Both the position numbers and the translations under genes were made by a program. The notes beneath the pieces were generated by a model. That model saw only the letters and a program-made list of their open reading frames with translations, did no database searches and was not told the DNA's origin. From Savitreella phatthalungensis (lineage: Eukaryota), in NCBI GenBank assembly GCA_051599415.1, contig AP039694.1, positions 310,001 through 374,000 of the forward strand: a stretch of 64,000 nt of DNA, in the 5' to 3' direction. Positions 61,521 through 64,000 of the stretch are shown here, piece by piece (the first letter of the stretch is position 1; each line of letters begins with the position of its first letter).

Positions 61521-62864
61521 TCACTGTACAACGGCAGCGGTCCTGAGCGCCTTGATTTCTTGTGACGAGAAGCCTAAATCTTCGAGAACGAGATCTGTGT
61601 GCTGGCCGATCGAGGGCGGGGGTCCCTTGATACGTGGCATTGTGTGTGAGTACTTGACTGGGATGCCGGCCACCTTGACCTTGCCCTCTTTTGCCTGTGA
61701 GGTTGGAAGCTCCTCGATCATCTTCAGAGGTTCCACCTGCGGATGAGCAAACGCGCGCTCCAGGTTGTTGACAGGACCGAATGGTAGACCTGACGTCGCC
61801 AGCTCATCACACCACTCGCCCACCGACTTTTTAATGAACGCACTGTTCAAGAGCTCTTCAACTTCCTTCCTGTGAGCAACTCGCTGAGGGTTGGTCGCGA
61901 ACCGCTCGTCGTCGATGTACTCTTCTCTGCCCAAGATTCGCATTAGCGTCGCCCATTGTCGATTGCTCGTTGCCCCGACAACGATCATCGCATCCGAGCA
62001 CGTGAATGTGTCGTAAGGCACGATTGTCGGGTGTCCGCATCCAAATCTGACGGCTTCACGGCCGACGTTGAGGTAGGAGGAGCCCAAATTCACCAGCAAC
62101 GACAGGCAACTCTCCAACAAGGACGCATCAATCTTCTGCCCGACGCCAGTAGTTTCGCGAGCGTAGAGCGCCGATGCAATTGCTCCATAAGTGTACAATC
62201 CCGTGCAAAGGTCAATCAGAGCCACGCCAGGCTTGACTGGCTTACCACCCCGTTCACCTGTGATGTGCATCATGCCGCCTTCTGCTGCAGCAATCACATC
62301 GTAGCCAGGCCGTTTGCTGTATGGCCCCTGTGAACCGTATCCGCTGACACTTGCGTGAATGATGCGAGGATTCGCTTTGCTCAATACGGAGTATCCGATT
62401 CCGAGCTGGTCAAGCTTTCCTGGTAGATAGTTATCGACAACGACATCAGCTCGTTCTGCCATCTTTTTGATGATCTCGATGCCTTTAGGGTCCTTCAAGT
62501 TGACGGCGATGGACTTTTTCGAGCGGTTGCATGAAGCGAAGTAGAGGGATGTGTCTGAGCCTTCCTTCCACATCTGCTCTTGTTCTGCAGCGTCCTTCCA
62601 GTGGCGAGTGTCATCTCCGATCCCAGGAATCTCGACCTTGACCACATCCGCACCTGCATCCGCCAGCATCTGCGTCGCATACGGACCTGCAAGCACTCGT
62701 GTCAGATCAAGCACGCGGATTCCGGCGAGTGGGCCATCCCGCTCAAAATCCTCGGTCGTCGGTGGTTTTGTTGCAGAAGGTGTGCTCAAACACCGGACGA
62801 GAAAGCGAGTTGGGCGTGGTGTTTGCAGTCTCCGCAGAGATCGGGAACAGCCGGTGACGCGCAT
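61521..62864 (-). CDS. CoA-transferase family III (CaiB/BaiF; SUGCT-like), mitochondrial
   Basis: Arg-rich presequence, GPLAGIRVLDLTRVLAGP, GDDTRHW, NRSKKS, PGYDVIAAAEGG, HPTIVPY and PPSIGQHT. Confidence 0.94.
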   Translation of the reverse strand: MRVTGCSRSLRRLQTPRPTRFLVRCLSTPSATKPPTTEDFERDGPLAGIRVLDLTRVLAGPYATQMLADAGADVVKVEIPGIGDDTRHWKDAAEQEQMWKEGSDTSLYFASCNRSKKSIAVNLKDPKGIEIIKKMAERADVVVDNYLPGKLDQLGIGYSVLSKANPRIIHASVSGYGSQGPYSKRPGYDVIAAAEGGMMHITGERGGKPVKPGVALIDLCTGLYTYGAIASALYARETTGVGQKIDASLLESCLSLLVNLGSSYLNVGREAVRFGCGHPTIVPYDTFTCSDAMIVVGATSNRQWATLMRILGREEYIDDERFATNPQRVAHRKEVEELLNSAFIKKSVGEWCDELATSGLPFGPVNNLERAFAHPQVEPLKMIEELPTSQAKEGKVKVAGIPVKYSHTMPRIKGPPPSIGQHTDLVLEDLGFSSQEIKALRTAAVVQ

Positions 62865-64000
62865 CGATACGAATGCGATTATGTGTAAGAGAACGTGGTA
62901 GGTACGAGTGACGTGACTGCTATGTTGCACGGTGCAGACCGCGAAATGTACCCAAAGGACCCACGTAGAAGAAATGAGATCAGATGTCGTAAGTGGCTAC
63001 TGGCAGAGTGCTGGTTGCATCAGGTAGGTCGTTTGGGCCGGTGACTGCCGGGAGTGCATGAGCGTGCATTCCGAATTGCGAGACTCAACGTTGCATAGTG
63101 ATGCAGCTCTGACTGGAATTTTATTTCGCGGTTGATTTTTGTGGAGAAGTTGATCCGATCAAAAGCACGTCCACATAAGGGACGGAATGCAGGTCATCGG
63201 AAAGCATAGTTTGTCGCTGGTGTCTGGCAGTGACCACAAACGACGGAGGAAGAGCGACTGATGCATATTCAAATGCGGATCTCCCGAACCGAGATTCACC
63301 TGTCCGGCAGTCCGGATCGAAATTACCTCCGAGTCATTCAATTGCGTTAGGGAGTTTCACAGCATGTCCGGATTCTCTCTTCTCAGGACTCTGGGTCAAG
63401 CACATGACGTCCGCACTTCCGAGAGCAATCCAGCATGCCTCTCAACCATATATACCTGACCAGACGATCGGAATTACCCATGCATGCTGCAGGCCATGAT
63501 GTGTCAATTCTCTGCTCTCGCTCCAGTATACTTTTCACCCGGATAAATTGAATTACCGAATTCCGAGCCTCAATCAGACTATGCGGACGATCAATCATGT
63601 GTTGTTGAATGTGCAGCTAGTGTACCATCAATCCATCACATACCTTTCGCGCATATGCATGCCCTGAGTCCATCTATGGCGAGAATAAAGAAATTCCTAA
63701 TTCGGGTAAACAGGACGTGACCAATAAATTCAATGCACGACGACGTGTTCTCAGAATACACATGTGCAGCGTGCATGCATAGGTACAGGATAAATGGGAT
63801 GGCTAGCCCTCCCACGCAATTCCAACTCCAGCCTGTAGCTCGCCAACACTCCTTCCTGCACCAGCTTGAGTGCTCTTGATCGACTCGCTCATCGTTCTCC
63901 CTGCACTCTTAGCAATTCAGATTCATGTCTGCTCCTGCGTCTGTGTCTGGACGGGCAGAGTCACCCCAAGCTCGTTCACAGTCGCCCCTGCCCAGAGCTG

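Noticed and set aside
24054..62864. HMG aldolase, HIBADH and CoA-transferase III as an organic-acid catabolic cluster
   Set aside because: They are 12-25 kb apart, interleaved with unrelated genes, and are widespread individually.

Overview
Eukaryotic, fungal DNA: gene-dense and very intron-poor. The few introns I can infer (55-81 nt) have GTAAG/GTGAGT donors and CTRAC branch points. The gene content and style suggest an ascomycete yeast-like fungus, possibly Taphrinomycotina, but that is inference and is not established here. About 37 protein-coding genes are supported. The left ~27 kb is tightly packed and mostly housekeeping: DAL5/TNA1-type MFS permease, STIMATE-like protein, COX20, PRM1, aquaglyceroporin, MED18, polyol dehydrogenase, MED19, Pin2-like protein, Pmp3-domain protein, GST, SUS1, DAP1, EFM4, RraA/HMG aldolase and CCDC47. 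From ~28 to 58 kb the spacers are longer, and the genes are enriched for secreted or cell-surface hydrolases and transporters: subtilisin, FET4, CHR, GH10, GH5, class-3 lipase-like protein, S10 carboxypeptidase and GT8. The most unusual signals are two membrane-anchored apparent pseudoenzymes: a shrunken multicopper-oxidase-like protein without copper ligands (4703-5290) and a lipase-3 protein with GHSLG changed to GHGLG (49626-51098). Also notable are a GH10 with an altered -2 subsite, a SYLF protein with a CX2CX11HXC motif instead of SH3, and extremely short intergenic gaps. I recognised no rRNA, tRNA, transposon, riboswitch or CRISPR array. I did not find a clear multi-gene novel system. 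All family calls come from recognising motifs by eye, not from database searches.
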